From contig OX597831.1 in NCBI GenBank assembly GCA_951406725.2, positions 25,172,001-25,236,000 of the forward strand: 64,000 nucleotides of DNA, in the 5' to 3' direction. The DNA comes from Octopus vulgaris (taxonomy: Eukaryota). The notes under the pieces were generated by a model. It did no database searches, had not been told where the DNA came from, and saw only the letters and a program-made list of their open reading frames with translations. Shown here piece after piece: positions 1 to 11,825 of this stretch; within the stretch, counting starts at the first letter, position 1; each line of letters opens with the position of its first letter. A program made the translations under genes and the position numbers.

Positions 1-35
1 TGTGTATATATATACATATATATATATATACACAT

Positions 36-233
36 GGCGGCGAGCTGGCAGAAACGTTAGTGAGTTCAAATTACGTTGTGAGTTCAAATTCCGCCGAGGT
101 CGACTTTGCCTTTCATCCTTTCGGGGTCGATAAATAAAGTACCAATTTCGCACTGGGGTCGATGTAATCGACTCAATCCCTTTGTCTGTCCTTGTTTGTC
201 CCCTCTATGTTTAGCCCCTTGTGGGTAGTAAAG

Positions 234-237
<4 letters not shown>
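36..237 (+). mobile_element. tRNA-derived SINE, family B (5' part locally rearranged)
   Basis: Head GGCGGCGAGCTGGCAGAAACGTTAG, B-box-like GAGTTCAAATTCC, central GTCGACTTTGCCTTTCATCCTTTCGGGGTCGATAAA, tail GTGGGTAGTAAAGAAATA; many copies in window. Confidence 0.85.
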
Positions 238-286
<49 letters not shown>

Positions 287-534
287 CGTGTGTATAGGAT
301 GACAGTACATGGCATCTTTGTACTTTTGCTGTTGTAGACTATGATCAGTCCTGATCCACAAAACTAATGAGTAAAAGCGTTCCACCCATGGCCATTCCAT
401 TTTATATTTTCATATATAACACACCAAGGACTACATTATGTAATCTGTCCATACTTTTTTGAGTGAGGCATGTAGTTTGAAGGAAATTTGGCTGTTGTTT
501 CAAGTAGGTTGTTTAAAAATTTTAGTATACTATT

Positions 535-776
535 TCTTACTCTCTCTTACTTGTTTCAGTCATTTGACTGCGGCCATGCTGGAGCACCGCCTTTAATCAA
601 GCAACTCGACCTCGGGACTTATTCTTCGTAAGCCCAGTACTTATTCTATCGGGTCTCTTTGCCGAACTGCTAAGTGATGGGGACGTAAACACACCAGCAT
701 CGGTTGTCAAGCGATGTTGGGGGGACAAACACAGATATACAAACTCACATACACACACACACACATACACACACAC

Positions 777-815
<39 letters not shown>

Positions 816-981
816 TACGACGGGCTTCTTTCAGTTTCCATCTACCAAATCCACTTACAAGGCTTTGGTCGGCCCGAAGCTATAGTAGTAGACACTTGCC
901 CAAGGTGCCACACAGTGGGACTGAACCCGGAACCATGAGGCTGGTAAACAAGCTACTTACCACACAGCCACTCCTGCACCT
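535..981 (-). mobile_element. tRNA-derived SINE, family A, full length with internal (TA)/(TG) microsatellite
   Basis: Minus strand: A box TGGCTGTGTGG, B box GGTTCAGTCCC, CORE-like CCTTGGGCAAGTGTC, 3' stem-loop CAGTC-AAAT-GACTG and TAA(A)GAG-type tail; more than 12 copies in window. Confidence 0.9.
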
Positions 982-1328
982 ATATATTAAGTATTTTTTT
1001 TTAAATATTAACAAACAAGAGTTGAACCAATGAGTAACACTAATGGTTTTTAAGTGCAATTTGAGGGATGGAAATTAGTCAATTGACTAATTTTATAACC
1101 TATGTCTTGACTGGTACTCTGGTACTTTCTTTTATCAATCCTAGAAGGATGAAAAGCTAAAATAAACTCAGCAAGATTTGAACTCAGAATGTACCCAGAA
1201 CAAATGTGCCAAGGCATTTCGTTCAACATCCAAAGAGTCTGACAATCCACGTCCTTTTGTAGACATAAGACCATATATTCCATTTATTCAATCATATTAA
1301 CCTTGGTACTTGGTTGGTACTTTATTCT

Positions 1329-1724
1329 CAAACAGATCTTCTACTCCCAACTCAAAGATGTCAAGCGTACAAAAGGAGGCCAGAAGAAACTCTACAAGGA
1401 CTCCTTGAAAACGAATTTCAAAAAGTGTGACATCGACTTCACTAACTGGGAGGAAACGGCAAAAAACAGACCACTCTGGAAAACCACCATCCATGAGGGA
1501 ACGGCAACTTTCGAGTCGAAAAGGTCTGCAGAGCTGGAGGAGAGAAGACGACGATGGAAGGAGCGCCAACAACAACCACGTGCGACTCTCCCTTCCGGCA
1601 CTAGATGTCCGCACTGCGACCGATCTTTTCAAGCAAGAATTGGTCTTATCGGTCACCTACGGACTCACCAGTAAATTTGCGTGAAGACCATCATCCTCGA
1701 CCTTGAGAGATTGCCATCATCATC
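1329..1724 (+). mobile_element. 5'-truncated RTE-clade LINE: ORF C-terminus with C2H2 zinc finger, short 3' UTR, (CAT)n tail
   Basis: Open frame to stop at 1674: KQIFYSQL...GGQKKLYKDSLK...W...W...CPHCDRSFQARIGLIGHLRTH; (CAT)n tail; 10-bp TSD ACTTTATTCT at 1319-1328 and 1725-1734; interrupts a decayed family B SINE. Confidence 0.88.
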
Positions 1725-2094
1725 ACTTTATTCTATCAACTTTGCCAGAGGAAAAGCAAAGTTGATTATGGTGAAGTTTGAACTCAGAATCTTAACATAT
1801 GTAACTAAGTACAGCGAGGAATTTTCTTGATGCTCTACTGATTCACCAGTCCATCTCAGTAATAATTGTTCTTTATAATAATACGGTTTCCTTAACTGAA
1901 TATAAAATAAATAAAGATATTTTTTTCTCCTCTGTTTAATCTTGAAAAATCTCTTTTTACATTTACAATGTAAATTTTTAAAAAATAACTTATTCTATAA
2001 AAAAAAATAAAACATTAAGCAAAAATCGATATCCTTTCACATATATGTTTGTTTTTTGCTGTTTATAATTCTACTGTTGTTGTTGATGATGTTA

Positions 2095-2130
<36 letters not shown>

Positions 2131-2852
2131 GTTATTCTAGTGCAAACCCATCAAAGACTTTGCTTTTATGATTAAAAGATTTCTAATAATGAACTAGTAT
2201 TGAGTTAAACTTCCCTTCTTTTCATCTGGTGTGAATTTTAATAGTGAAATATCAGGAAAAACATAAAAAGAAATTCTCTTCAAATTCAGTTTGGAGAATA
2301 TGAACGTTGACTGGTGGCGATAGCTTAATTTCCAAAGTACTTGGCACAAAATGACAATCTCTCCCCAATCTTTCAAGTGTCTAGAAAAAGGTAAGATCAA
2401 GAGAAAGCAGCGCTGACACATTAACAATTCTTATAATCCCAGAATATGGTAATTGCTAGATTATTTGTGTGGTTGTGGTGGTGGTGGTGGAAGTGATGGT
2501 GGTGGCAATGGTTCCAGTGGTTGTGGGGGTGGTTGTGACGGTGACGGTGCTGGCAGTTAGAATTTTGGCAGCAGAAAGTTGCATTTAGAAGAACAAGGGA
2601 AAGAACAGATCAAGCCTTGTGATAAGGCAAATAGTTGCGGGGTGGTGGAGAGGAGAGGAGGGGGAGTAGTTTGAAATGAGGATTAGAGGGAGTAGTTATT
2701 AGTATGGTAGTAGAGTTAGTGATATCAACAGGAACATTAATAGCACTGGTGGGTTGCGATAATTATGGGTTTGATAAGAACGCTAATGGCAGTGCCTATG
2801 ATGGAAGTTGTCTCTAAGTCAGAGTTGACAACAACAATAGTTCTGCTGTCAG

Positions 2853-2972
2853 TTGTAGTAGTAGTAGTAGTAGTAGCAGTGGTGATGGTGATTTTGGTGG
2901 TTGGTGGTAGTAGTAATAAATTTACTAGTGGTGGTGGCGGCGGTTTTAGTAGTAGTGGTGGTGGTTTTAGTC

Positions 2973-3006
<34 letters not shown>

Positions 3007-3478
3007 CGGTGGTTGTGGGTTTAGTAGTTGTAGTAGTAGTGGCGATTAATAGTTGTAGTAGTAGTGGCGATGGTGATTTTGGTAGAAGTAGTAGTAGCAG
3101 TAGTAGTAGAAGTAGTAGTAGTAGTTGTAGTAGAAGTAGTAGTGGTTGTAGTAGTAGTTGTAGTAGTAGTTGTAGTAGTAGTAGTAGTGGCAGTTGTGGT
3201 GGATTTAGTAGTTGTAATAGTAGTAGCGATGGTGATTTTGGTGGTAGTAGTAGTAGTAGTAGTGGTAGCTGTGGTGATTTTGGTAGTAGTGGCGGTTGTG
3301 ATTTTCATAGTCGTAGTAGTAGTGGCGGTGGTGGTGGTGGTGGTTTTAGATGTAGTAGTAGTGGTGGTTTTAGTAGTAATGGCAGTGATAGTGGTTTTAG
3401 TGGTAGTAGTCGTGGTGGTTTTAGTAGTAGTAGTCATGTGGTGGTGGTGGTGGTGGTGGTGGCAATAGTTGTTGTTGT
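2853..3478. repeat. Compound trinucleotide repeat (GTA/GTG/GTT)n
   Basis: Direct reading; source of the poly-Ser/Val/Thr ORFs. Confidence 0.95.
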
Positions 3479-3633
3479 TCATTATTTAGTTCCAGTGTTT
3501 TAGAATGGCAATAGTAATTGAGGTATGAGAAGATGGAGCCACTGTAGAAAATCTCTATTTTAATGGATAATGAACCAAAGACATCGCGAAAGTAATGAGG
3601 ATTCTAGTGAAAATTATGATTTAATTAAAAAGA

Positions 3634-3673
<40 letters not shown>

Positions 3674-3730
3674 TGTATGTATGTGAAAATAAGTATATAC
3701 ACACACACAAATATATATATATATATATAT

Positions 3731-3765
<35 letters not shown>

Positions 3766-3802
3766 ATATGGATGTGTGTGTGTAGGTGTATATATATTTT
3801 GT

Positions 3803-4002
3803 CTTTTACTTGTTTCAATCATTGGACTGCAGCCATGCTGAGGAACCGACTTTGAGAGTTTTTGATTGAACAAATGAATGCCAGTACCTATTTTTCCTAA
3901 GTCACACACTTACTCTATCGATTTCACTTGCTGAACCACTAAGCAGCAGAGATGTAAACAAACCAACACCAGTTGTCAAGCAAAGTGAGGGCAGACACAA
4001 AG
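3803..4002 (-). mobile_element. Family A SINE, diverged 3' half
   Basis: CTTTTACTTGTTTCAATCATTGGACTGCAGCCATGCTG ... CCAGTTGTCAAGC matches other A copies. Confidence 0.75.
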
Positions 4003-4075
4003 TAGAACACACACATCACATATATATATGCGTGTGTGTGTTTGTGTGTGTTTCTTTGTGTTTCTTTTTGTGTTC

Positions 4076-4112
4076 CTTTCTGTGGAAGAGCATAGGCTCG
4101 AAATGTTAAAAA
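4076..4112 (+). ncRNA. Degenerate minimal hammerhead motif in a probable Penelope-like remnant (about 4060-4200)
   Basis: CTTT-CTGTGGA-A-GAGC-ATAG-GCTC-GAAA-TG-TT-AAAA versus minimal form CUGANGA-A-stem II-GAAA-CG-UH; one core substitution and one CpG-type change. Confidence 0.45.
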
Positions 4113-4680
4113 CTTTTTCTATTCCCGAGCATTATACTAATACATCTGTTTGTTTTCTACACCACCTGTCGTCGTCTTTTGTTTTTTTGTGAATTCTCCC
4201 TATATATATATATGTGTGTATGTGTGCGTGTGTGTATGCATGCATACAGGACACTTCCATGTACCATATTCACTCAGAAGCCATTTGTTGACTCACGGCT
4301 ATGACAAGAAGTGGCACATATTGAGGCTAAATGCAAAACCATATGGTTGTAAAGCAAGCTCTTAACCGTGTAACCATATGAAGCACTCAAATAGTATTCA
4401 TCTAAATCCTGACTGCCTTTTTCATTTATTAACATGTAAAATCTGCACTCCACTATAAACAATCTATGCATATATTTAATATGTATGTGTGTACATGTAT
4501 GTGTGTGTGGCACAAAATATCTAAATACCATGTAGATGAGATAAAAAAAATAACAGTGTGTATTTGGTATACACACAGGAAATAATAGAAATTAGAAGGA
4601 AAAGTCATTTACATTTTGAGCATAAACTCTTCTTCTAAAAGAATAGACAAGGAAAGCAAAAACTGTGTATGTGCATATAC

Positions 4681-4716
<36 letters not shown>

Positions 4717-5314
4717 GGAGAGAGAGAGAGAAAGAGAGAGAGATTAATAGATAAATAGATGTTATGCATATTGTTATCCATACACACACATACATACACA
4801 GCAATTATAGGGTGAAAGACAAATTAACCATTCAAAAATACACAAAGACTAACTTCACTTAAGCACTTCTTGTTTGATGTCAAAATTTTCATTGCACCAA
4901 GTACAACCTGGTCACTGATGTGGTTCAAATGCTTCTGGTTTGTGGCAAGGGTGGTGTTGGTTTGTATATATTGGTTTCATGATAATAAGCATTTCCATCT
5001 AAACATTTCAGTCACTGGGGCTGGGTGGTCGTAGTTGGTCCAGTTAACAGAGCATGAGCATTCAATAAAAACAACTGACCTATATAAGATGAAAGAACTT
5101 ATAAATTCTGATACCTAAATATTTATAACCTTGAAATCAGTCTCTGCACAAACCAGATGCAGTGGAATTGTTCTACTTTCAGCATGTGGTCTCAGAACAA
5201 ATCTCTTTTCTAACAAGTACACCTCCCATATATATATATATATATATATACATATGTGTGTGTGTGTGTATATATGTGTGTATATATACATTTATATATA
5301 TATGTATATATATG

Positions 5315-5348
<34 letters not shown>

Positions 5349-5399
5349 CCTTATGTATATATATATATATCGAATATATATATATATATATTCATTCTA

Positions 5400-5796
5400 T
5401 TATTGGTTTCAGTCAAAGGTTGTGTCTATGCTTGGGAACCACTGTTAGCACCGCTTTTAGTCGAGCAAATCGACCCCAGGACTTATTCTTTGTAAGCCTA
5501 GTACATATTCTATTAGTCTCTTTTGCCGAACCATTAAGTTACAGGAATGTAAACACACCAGCATGTTGGGAGGGGGGACAAATACAGGCACACAAACATA
5601 TGCACACACATACATATATATATACATATATATGATGGGCTTCTTTCAGTTTCTGTCTACCAAATCCACTCACAAGGCTTTGATCGGCCCGAGGCTATAG
5701 TAGAAGACACTTGCCCAAGGTGCCATGCAGTGGGACTGAACCTGGAACCATGTGGTTCATAAGCAAACTACTCACCACACAGCCACTCCTATGCCT

Positions 5797-5797
<1 letters not shown>
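5400..5797 (-). mobile_element. Family A SINE
   Basis: Colinear with 535-981; head ends CACACAGCCACTCCTATGCCT. Confidence 0.9.
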
Positions 5798-5839
<42 letters not shown>

Positions 5840-6380
5840 AGTATTTATTCAAGTATTGAATCAAGTATAAGAATTGGTTATAATTCTGGCATTTTGTATA
5901 AATGTGAGAATGTGAGAATTGCAATATTTCCTCATCACCTGCAATAATGGTTGTGATCAATATTGTAACTATGGCGACAAAAGAGATAATGGTTACTACA
6001 CCTATAATACTTATTCTTACAATTTCAGAGGTGATTATTAGATATTTCCAGTGTTACATTATTAAGTGCCCATAATTCTAGAGAAGCTAAAATCACGATA
6101 AATAATATTGGTTTTTTAACTTCAGATGTAGTGATAAGTTTCATTCAGGACAGAGCACACTCAACCAATTCTCCCTCAATATATTACTGGTACATATCTA
6201 TTTTTGTTTTATTTATTGATGATAACAACTCCAACCAGCCACTGCAATAATAATTGATAATAACAATGATTTCATTTATTTGCCAACAAGGTGAAGGATG
6301 GGCGGGATAATACAAAGACAGACACAAAGTGTTGGAGTTTACATATAATGAAATGATAAAATGAATAAATTAGCAAAAAT

Positions 6381-6552
6381 AGGCGTAGGAGTGGCAGTGT
6401 GGTGAGTAGCTTGCTTATGAACCACATGGTTTTGGGTTCAGTCCCACTGCGTGGCACCTTGGGCAAGTGTTTTTACTATAGCCTTGGGTCGACCAAAGCC
6501 TTGTGAATGGATTTGGTAGACAGAAACTGAAAGAAGCCCGTCATATATATGC

Positions 6553-6600
<48 letters not shown>

Positions 6601-6788
6601 TTGTATGTTTGTTTGTCTGTGTTTGTCCCCCCAACATCACTTGACAACCGATGCTCGTGTATTTACATCCCCGTAACTTAGCAAAAGGGACCATTAGAAT
6701 AAGCCCTCGGGTTGACTTGCTTGACTAAAGGCAGTGCTCCAGCATGGTCGCAGTCAAAATGCCTGAAACAAGTAAAAGAGTAAAAAGA
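6381..6788 (+). mobile_element. Family A SINE
   Basis: AGGCGTAGGAGTGGCAGTGTGG head, GGTTCAGTCCC B box, GAAACAAGTAAAAGAGTAAAA tail. Confidence 0.9.
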
Positions 6789-7147
6789 AAAAAAAGATTA
6801 ATTATACACAGTATACAACAAAAAGGAAAGGAAATATACATAATACACAAAGGTTAAAAAAAGTGGGGTGGTTGAAAGAGATATAGTCCTTCTCATACAA
6901 GATGAGCTCTAGGGATAATCAAAGAACCCTACTGTCCATGATATCCTTGAACACTAAGGGCAAGTGACCTCTCCAATTCCCTTTCTCTGACTCCTCTCTT
7001 GCAATTTTCGTAACTTTCACCTACCTTTCAATAAATTAATTTGAGAACATCACTTCCCTCTCAACCCTAAATCTCCTTACCAACTGATAATTCATACCAA
7101 TTCATATCTGGATTTAACTCCCTGGCTTCTTGTTTACTAAACTTTAA

Positions 7148-7367
7148 CCCTTTAGTGTTTAAACCGGCCATATCTGGCCCAAATATTCTATATGTTTTAT
7201 AATCAAACTGGGAATATCTAGCCGCTCAAACCTAACCTACATTGACATTCAAAAAATATACAATCACATCATTGAAACCTCAAATCCATGAGATAATGCA
7301 TGATTAATTCAAAACAATTTGAGTGAAAAAGTATTACATTTAACAGAGTAATCTGAACACTAAAGGG
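7148..7367. mobile_element. piggyBac-type MITE (220 bp)
   Basis: TTAA on both sides (7144-7147, 7368-7371); perfect 12-bp TIR CCCTTTAGTGTT / AACACTAAAGGG. Confidence 0.85.
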
Positions 7368-7663
7368 TTAAAATCTTCTTCAGGGAGTTTTTGTTTTTTG
7401 ATTGTAAGGATAATGTACATATCTGAGACTCTGCTATATGGGCTGTGTGTATACACAAACACACACACATACACAAGAACACACTAGTATTATGCACTGC
7501 TTCTGTGTGGCAAATTATGTGGTATTTGGCAAGGGTGTTACACGGTAGAATTGAACTTGGAGCTCCATGTTTAGGAAGCAAATTTATTAGCTACACAGCT
7601 ATTTCTGTATGTATACGCACACACACACACATACAGCATGTGTGTATGTGCACATGTATGTAT

Positions 7664-7700
<37 letters not shown>

Positions 7701-7799
7701 CACACACACACACATATATATATATATGTGTATATATATACACACACACAGACTACATACGTACATGTGCTTATGAGGAATTGAAACGATGTATGTATG

Positions 7800-7898
<99 letters not shown>

Positions 7899-8029
7899 CA
7901 TACGTACATGTATGTATGTATGTATGTTGATAGTTTCCATGTCATTTCAAGAGGAAAATTACATATTCTTGAAAGTTTCAACTATTTGCAATTATTTTAC
8001 TTTTGCATTGCTTTTGTGTGCGTGCACGT

Positions 8030-8083
<54 letters not shown>

Positions 8084-8522
8084 ATTTCTCTGCTAAATGG
8101 AATAAATTTATGACTATTTTGTTTTCTTTGTATCTCCCAATATTATTTTAAGTTATTTTTTTTCACCAAGACCCAATAAATATAAATGAGCGTGTATGCG
8201 TGTATATATTCATACATATGGATATATATTTATGCATACGTGTATGCTTTCCTGCCGAGGTTCCAATTTCTTGAAGCTATTTTATTTCAGAAAGGTAAGA
8301 GAATTCCAGACACATTGTCTGAGAAAATTCCCATCATTCTAATCAGAATGTGTTTTTTAATGATGATGTGAGAAAAAAAGTTTGTGCATAGTTTTATGGT
8401 TGTAAGTGTAATTTCGTGCATATGAATGTGTGCAGCTGCACGTGCATATGCATACATGCATATCTGTATGTGTATAATGTATGTTTGGAATTAAGTGTTT
8501 TCTACTTTTGTGTTTTTGTATC

Positions 8523-8577
<55 letters not shown>

Positions 8578-8901
8578 GTATATATATATTTGTTTGTTTT
8601 GCATAGATTGTATACTTTTCATACAATCATAATAAAACCACATTATGTTGTGGTTTTATTAAATGGTGGTGGCCATATTGTAATTAGACTTCCAGTTTGT
8701 GGGGAAAATATTAGAAAAATAAAAGGAAATATGAAACATCTCAAACTAAATACAACAAAAGGTTATTTTGAATACTTATAGTTTAATGGCCGTGAGTTGA
8801 AACTGCTTGGCTTTTGATCAAGTTGTCAGAAGCTCGAACCAATCTGCCCCCATAGAACATCGCCTGTTTCCCATTTCTTATTGTTTCACTTTTAGCAGAA
8901 A

Positions 8902-9284
8902 CTAGCAGTATCGCCCGGCGTTGCTCGGGTTTGTAAGGGAAATAACTATAAAGCATTTTTAGAGAGTTATAGCCAAAAAATAGCAAAAAAATGGGAAAAA
9001 AATGATGGTAAATTTTTTTGAGAGTTAAAAAGGTCGAGTTGCGTCCCCTAGACTATCTGTGGTTTGTGTTTCTGATTGTCGACCCCATATCGAATTTATC
9101 GATCTTTTTCAGAACTGGGGGAACTTTTCAAAATTTTCGCTGCGTTAGTTTTGAATTATGACATTGGGCTATGTGTGTGTCAAGTTTCATCGGAATCGGT
9201 TGAAAGCCGTGGTCAGGGTGAGGGTACAACCTAACAGACACACAGACACGCACACAGACAAACTGCTGTTTATATAGAGAGAGA
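8902..9284 (-). mobile_element. Non-autonomous Helitron
   Basis: Minus strand starts TC, ends with GC-rich hairpin CCCGAGC-AAC-GCCGGG then CTAG; lies between A and T with no TSD; removal restores family B head GCAGAAA|TGTTAACACGCC. Confidence 0.85.
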
Positions 9285-9856
9285 TGTTAACACGCCAGGT
9301 GAAATGCTTAGCAGTATTTCGTCTGTTGTTACGTTCTGAGTTCAAATTTCGCCGAGGTCGACTTTACCTTTCATCCTTTTGGGGTTGATTAAATAAGTAC
9401 CAGTTACGCACTAGGGTCGATGTAATCGACTTAATCTGTTTGTCTGTCCTTGTTTGTCCTCTCTGTGTTTAGCCCCTTGTGGGTAGTAAAGAAATAGGTA
9501 TTTCGTCTGTTGTTACGTTTTGAGTTCAAATTTCGCTGAGATCGACTTTACCTTTCATCCTTTTGGGGTTGATTAAATAAGTACCAGTTACGCACTAGGG
9601 TCGATGTAATCGACTTAATCTGTTTGTCTGTCCTTGTTTGTCCTCTCTGTGTTTAGCCCCTTGTGGGTAGTAAAGAAATAGGTATTTCGTTTGCTGTTGT
9701 GTTCTGAGTTCAAATTCCGGCGAGGTCGACTTTACCTTTCATCTTTTCAGGGGTCGATAAAATAAGCACCAGTTACGCACTGGGGGCGATGCAATCAGCT
9801 TAATCCCTTTATTTGTCCCCACTGTGTTTAGCCCCTTGTGGGCAATAAAGAAATAA
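9285..9856 (+). mobile_element. Family B SINE trimer (about 184-bp tandem units)
   Basis: Three units; junction GAAATA-GG-TATTTC at 9491-9504 and 9675-9688. Confidence 0.9.
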
Positions 9857-9885
9857 ATATTTATATTAGGTAATTATGTTTAGTA

Positions 9886-10114
9886 CAGAAATCCCTCGTC
9901 TATCATGGGTGTTATGTTCCAAAGCCCCCCTGTGATAGGTGAAAATCTGCAAAGTAGAAACAGTACTGTATATTTTTTATTATCATTTTTATAATTTGTA
10001 TATATTTTAATATAAATGCAAAACAACACCATGGAGGAATCAATGTAAGCTTAAATAATATACTGTGATAGGTGAGCCATGGTAGGTGAACCACTATATG
10101 GTGAGGGATTACTA
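9886..10114. mobile_element. pogo/Tigger-like MITE
   Basis: TA flanks; imperfect TIR CAGAAATCCCTCG / TGAGGGATTACTA; internal repeated GATAGGTGA motifs. Confidence 0.6.
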
Positions 10115-10121
10115 TATTTAT

Positions 10122-10551
10122 ACTCTTTACTCTTTTACTCTTTTACTTGTTTCAGTCATTTGAACTGCGGCCATGCTGGAGCACCGCCTTTAGTCGAGCA
10201 AATCGACCACGGGACTTATTCTTTGTAAGCCCAGTACTTATTCTATCGGTCTCTTTTGCCGAACCGCTAAGTGGGACGTAAACACACCAGCATCGGTTGT
10301 CAAGCAATGCTTGGGGGACAAACACAGGCACACAAACACACACACATACATATACATATATATATATATACATATATACGACAGGCCTCTTTCAGTTTCT
10401 GTCTACCAAATCCACTCACAAGGCATTGGTCAGCCCAGGCAAGTGTCTTCTATAGCAGAAGACACTTTCCCAAGGTGCCACGCAGTGGGACTGAACCCGG
10501 AACCATGTAGTTGGTTAGCAAGCTACTTACCACAGAGCCACTCCTGTGCCT
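10122..10551 (-). mobile_element. Family A SINE
   Basis: Full colinear copy with (CTCTTTTA)n tail. Confidence 0.9.
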
Positions 10552-10599
10552 ATGTTTATATTATATTTATATTTGATATTTATAGTTGGCCAAATCATT

Positions 10600-10880
10600 A
10601 GCAACATATTTTAGCAGCATTTTGCCCATCTTTACATTCTGAGTTCAAATTCCACCAAGGTTGACTTTGCTTTTCATCCTTCTGGGATTGATTGAAAATA
10701 AAACGTATCAGTAAAGCACTGTGGTCAATGTAATTGACTCCTCCACTCCTCCAAAATTGCTGGCCTTGTGCCAAAATTCGAAACCAATATTTATAGACAA
10801 GTAAGGCGGCAAGCTTAGCAGAATTTTTTCTGTTTTTACATTCTGATATCAAATTTTGCCAAGGTCAACTTTACCTTTCA
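10600..10880 (+). mobile_element. Diverged family B-related SINE fragments
   Basis: CTGAGTTCAAATTCCACCAAGGTTGACTTTGCTTTTCATCC, followed by a second partial head. Confidence 0.65.
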
Positions 10881-11002
10881 TCACTGCCTATATATTAGCA
10901 TTTTTTGATACCTAAATTAAAATTCTTCCCTTGTAATTTTAGTATGTTTCTTTATGATAATTATTATAAAACTAAGCTGCACCAGTCATTTTTACCAGAC
11001 TA

Positions 11003-11221
11003 TTCTTTTATTCTTTTACTTGTTTCAGTCATTTGACTGCGGCCATGCTGGAGCACCGCCTTTAGTTGAGCAAATTGACCCCAGAGCTTATTCTTTGTAA
11101 GCCTAGTACTTATTCTATCGGTCTCTTTTTGCTGAACCTCTTAGTTACGGGGACGTAAACACACCGGGATCAGTTGTCAAGTGATGTTGGAGGAACAAGC
11201 ACAGACACAGAAACATATACA

Positions 11222-11273
<52 letters not shown>

Positions 11274-11460
11274 CGATGGGCTTCTTTCAGTTTCAGTCTA
11301 CTAAATCCACTCACAAGTCTTTGGTCGGTACAAGGCTATAGTAGAAGACACTTGCCCAAGATGCCATGCAGTGGGACTGAACCCGGAACCATGTGGTTGG
11401 TAAGCAATCTATTTGCAACACAGCCGCTCCTGCGCTGCTTACTACACAGCCACTCCTGCC
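11003..11460 (-). mobile_element. Family A SINE with short duplication of its 5' end
   Basis: Colinear copy; ACACAGCC(G/A)CTCCTGC repeated at about 11419-11459. Confidence 0.88.
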
Positions 11461-11825
11461 CCATTTACCCCACAGCCACTCCAGCTAACACTAATTTATT
11501 AGTAACTTACATATACGTTTCATTAAAATAAGTGAAGTGACACAAAAAAAATCACACTTTTATTTAAATTCCTTCCGTTCTTTCAATTTATCTTCTGTAA
11601 TGAAGAAAAAGAAAGTAACTGCAATTATATCATAATAGAAATTCTCATTATTTACCAAATTGTTAGAATATTAAGACAGTCATGTTGTGATATCTTTCTA
11701 AAGTGCTTATGAGGAATTGAAACGATTGCAAAATGACTTTTTTGCCCCAAGGAATTGTAACTAGATTTTGATCTTCTTAGGTGAGAGGTTATGTTACGTC
11801 ATTCACAGAACAGTATTAAATACAT

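Noticed and set aside
704-1033. Recurrent ORF family MSSDVGGTNTD.../RLWSARGYSRRHLPKVP...
   Set aside because: Antisense translation of family A SINE copies, with frames broken at the internal microsatellite
2765-3503. Long Ser/Gly-, Val- and Thr-rich ORFs (mucin-like)
   Set aside because: Open on both strands and in several frames because of the GTA/GTG triplet repeat; no splice or domain evidence
4855-5080. Possible minus-strand exon after acceptor TTCTTTCATCTTATATAG (one frame ends ...WKCLLS*)
   Set aside because: All frames stop within about 35 codons; no recognisable domain or partner exons; needs RNA-seq
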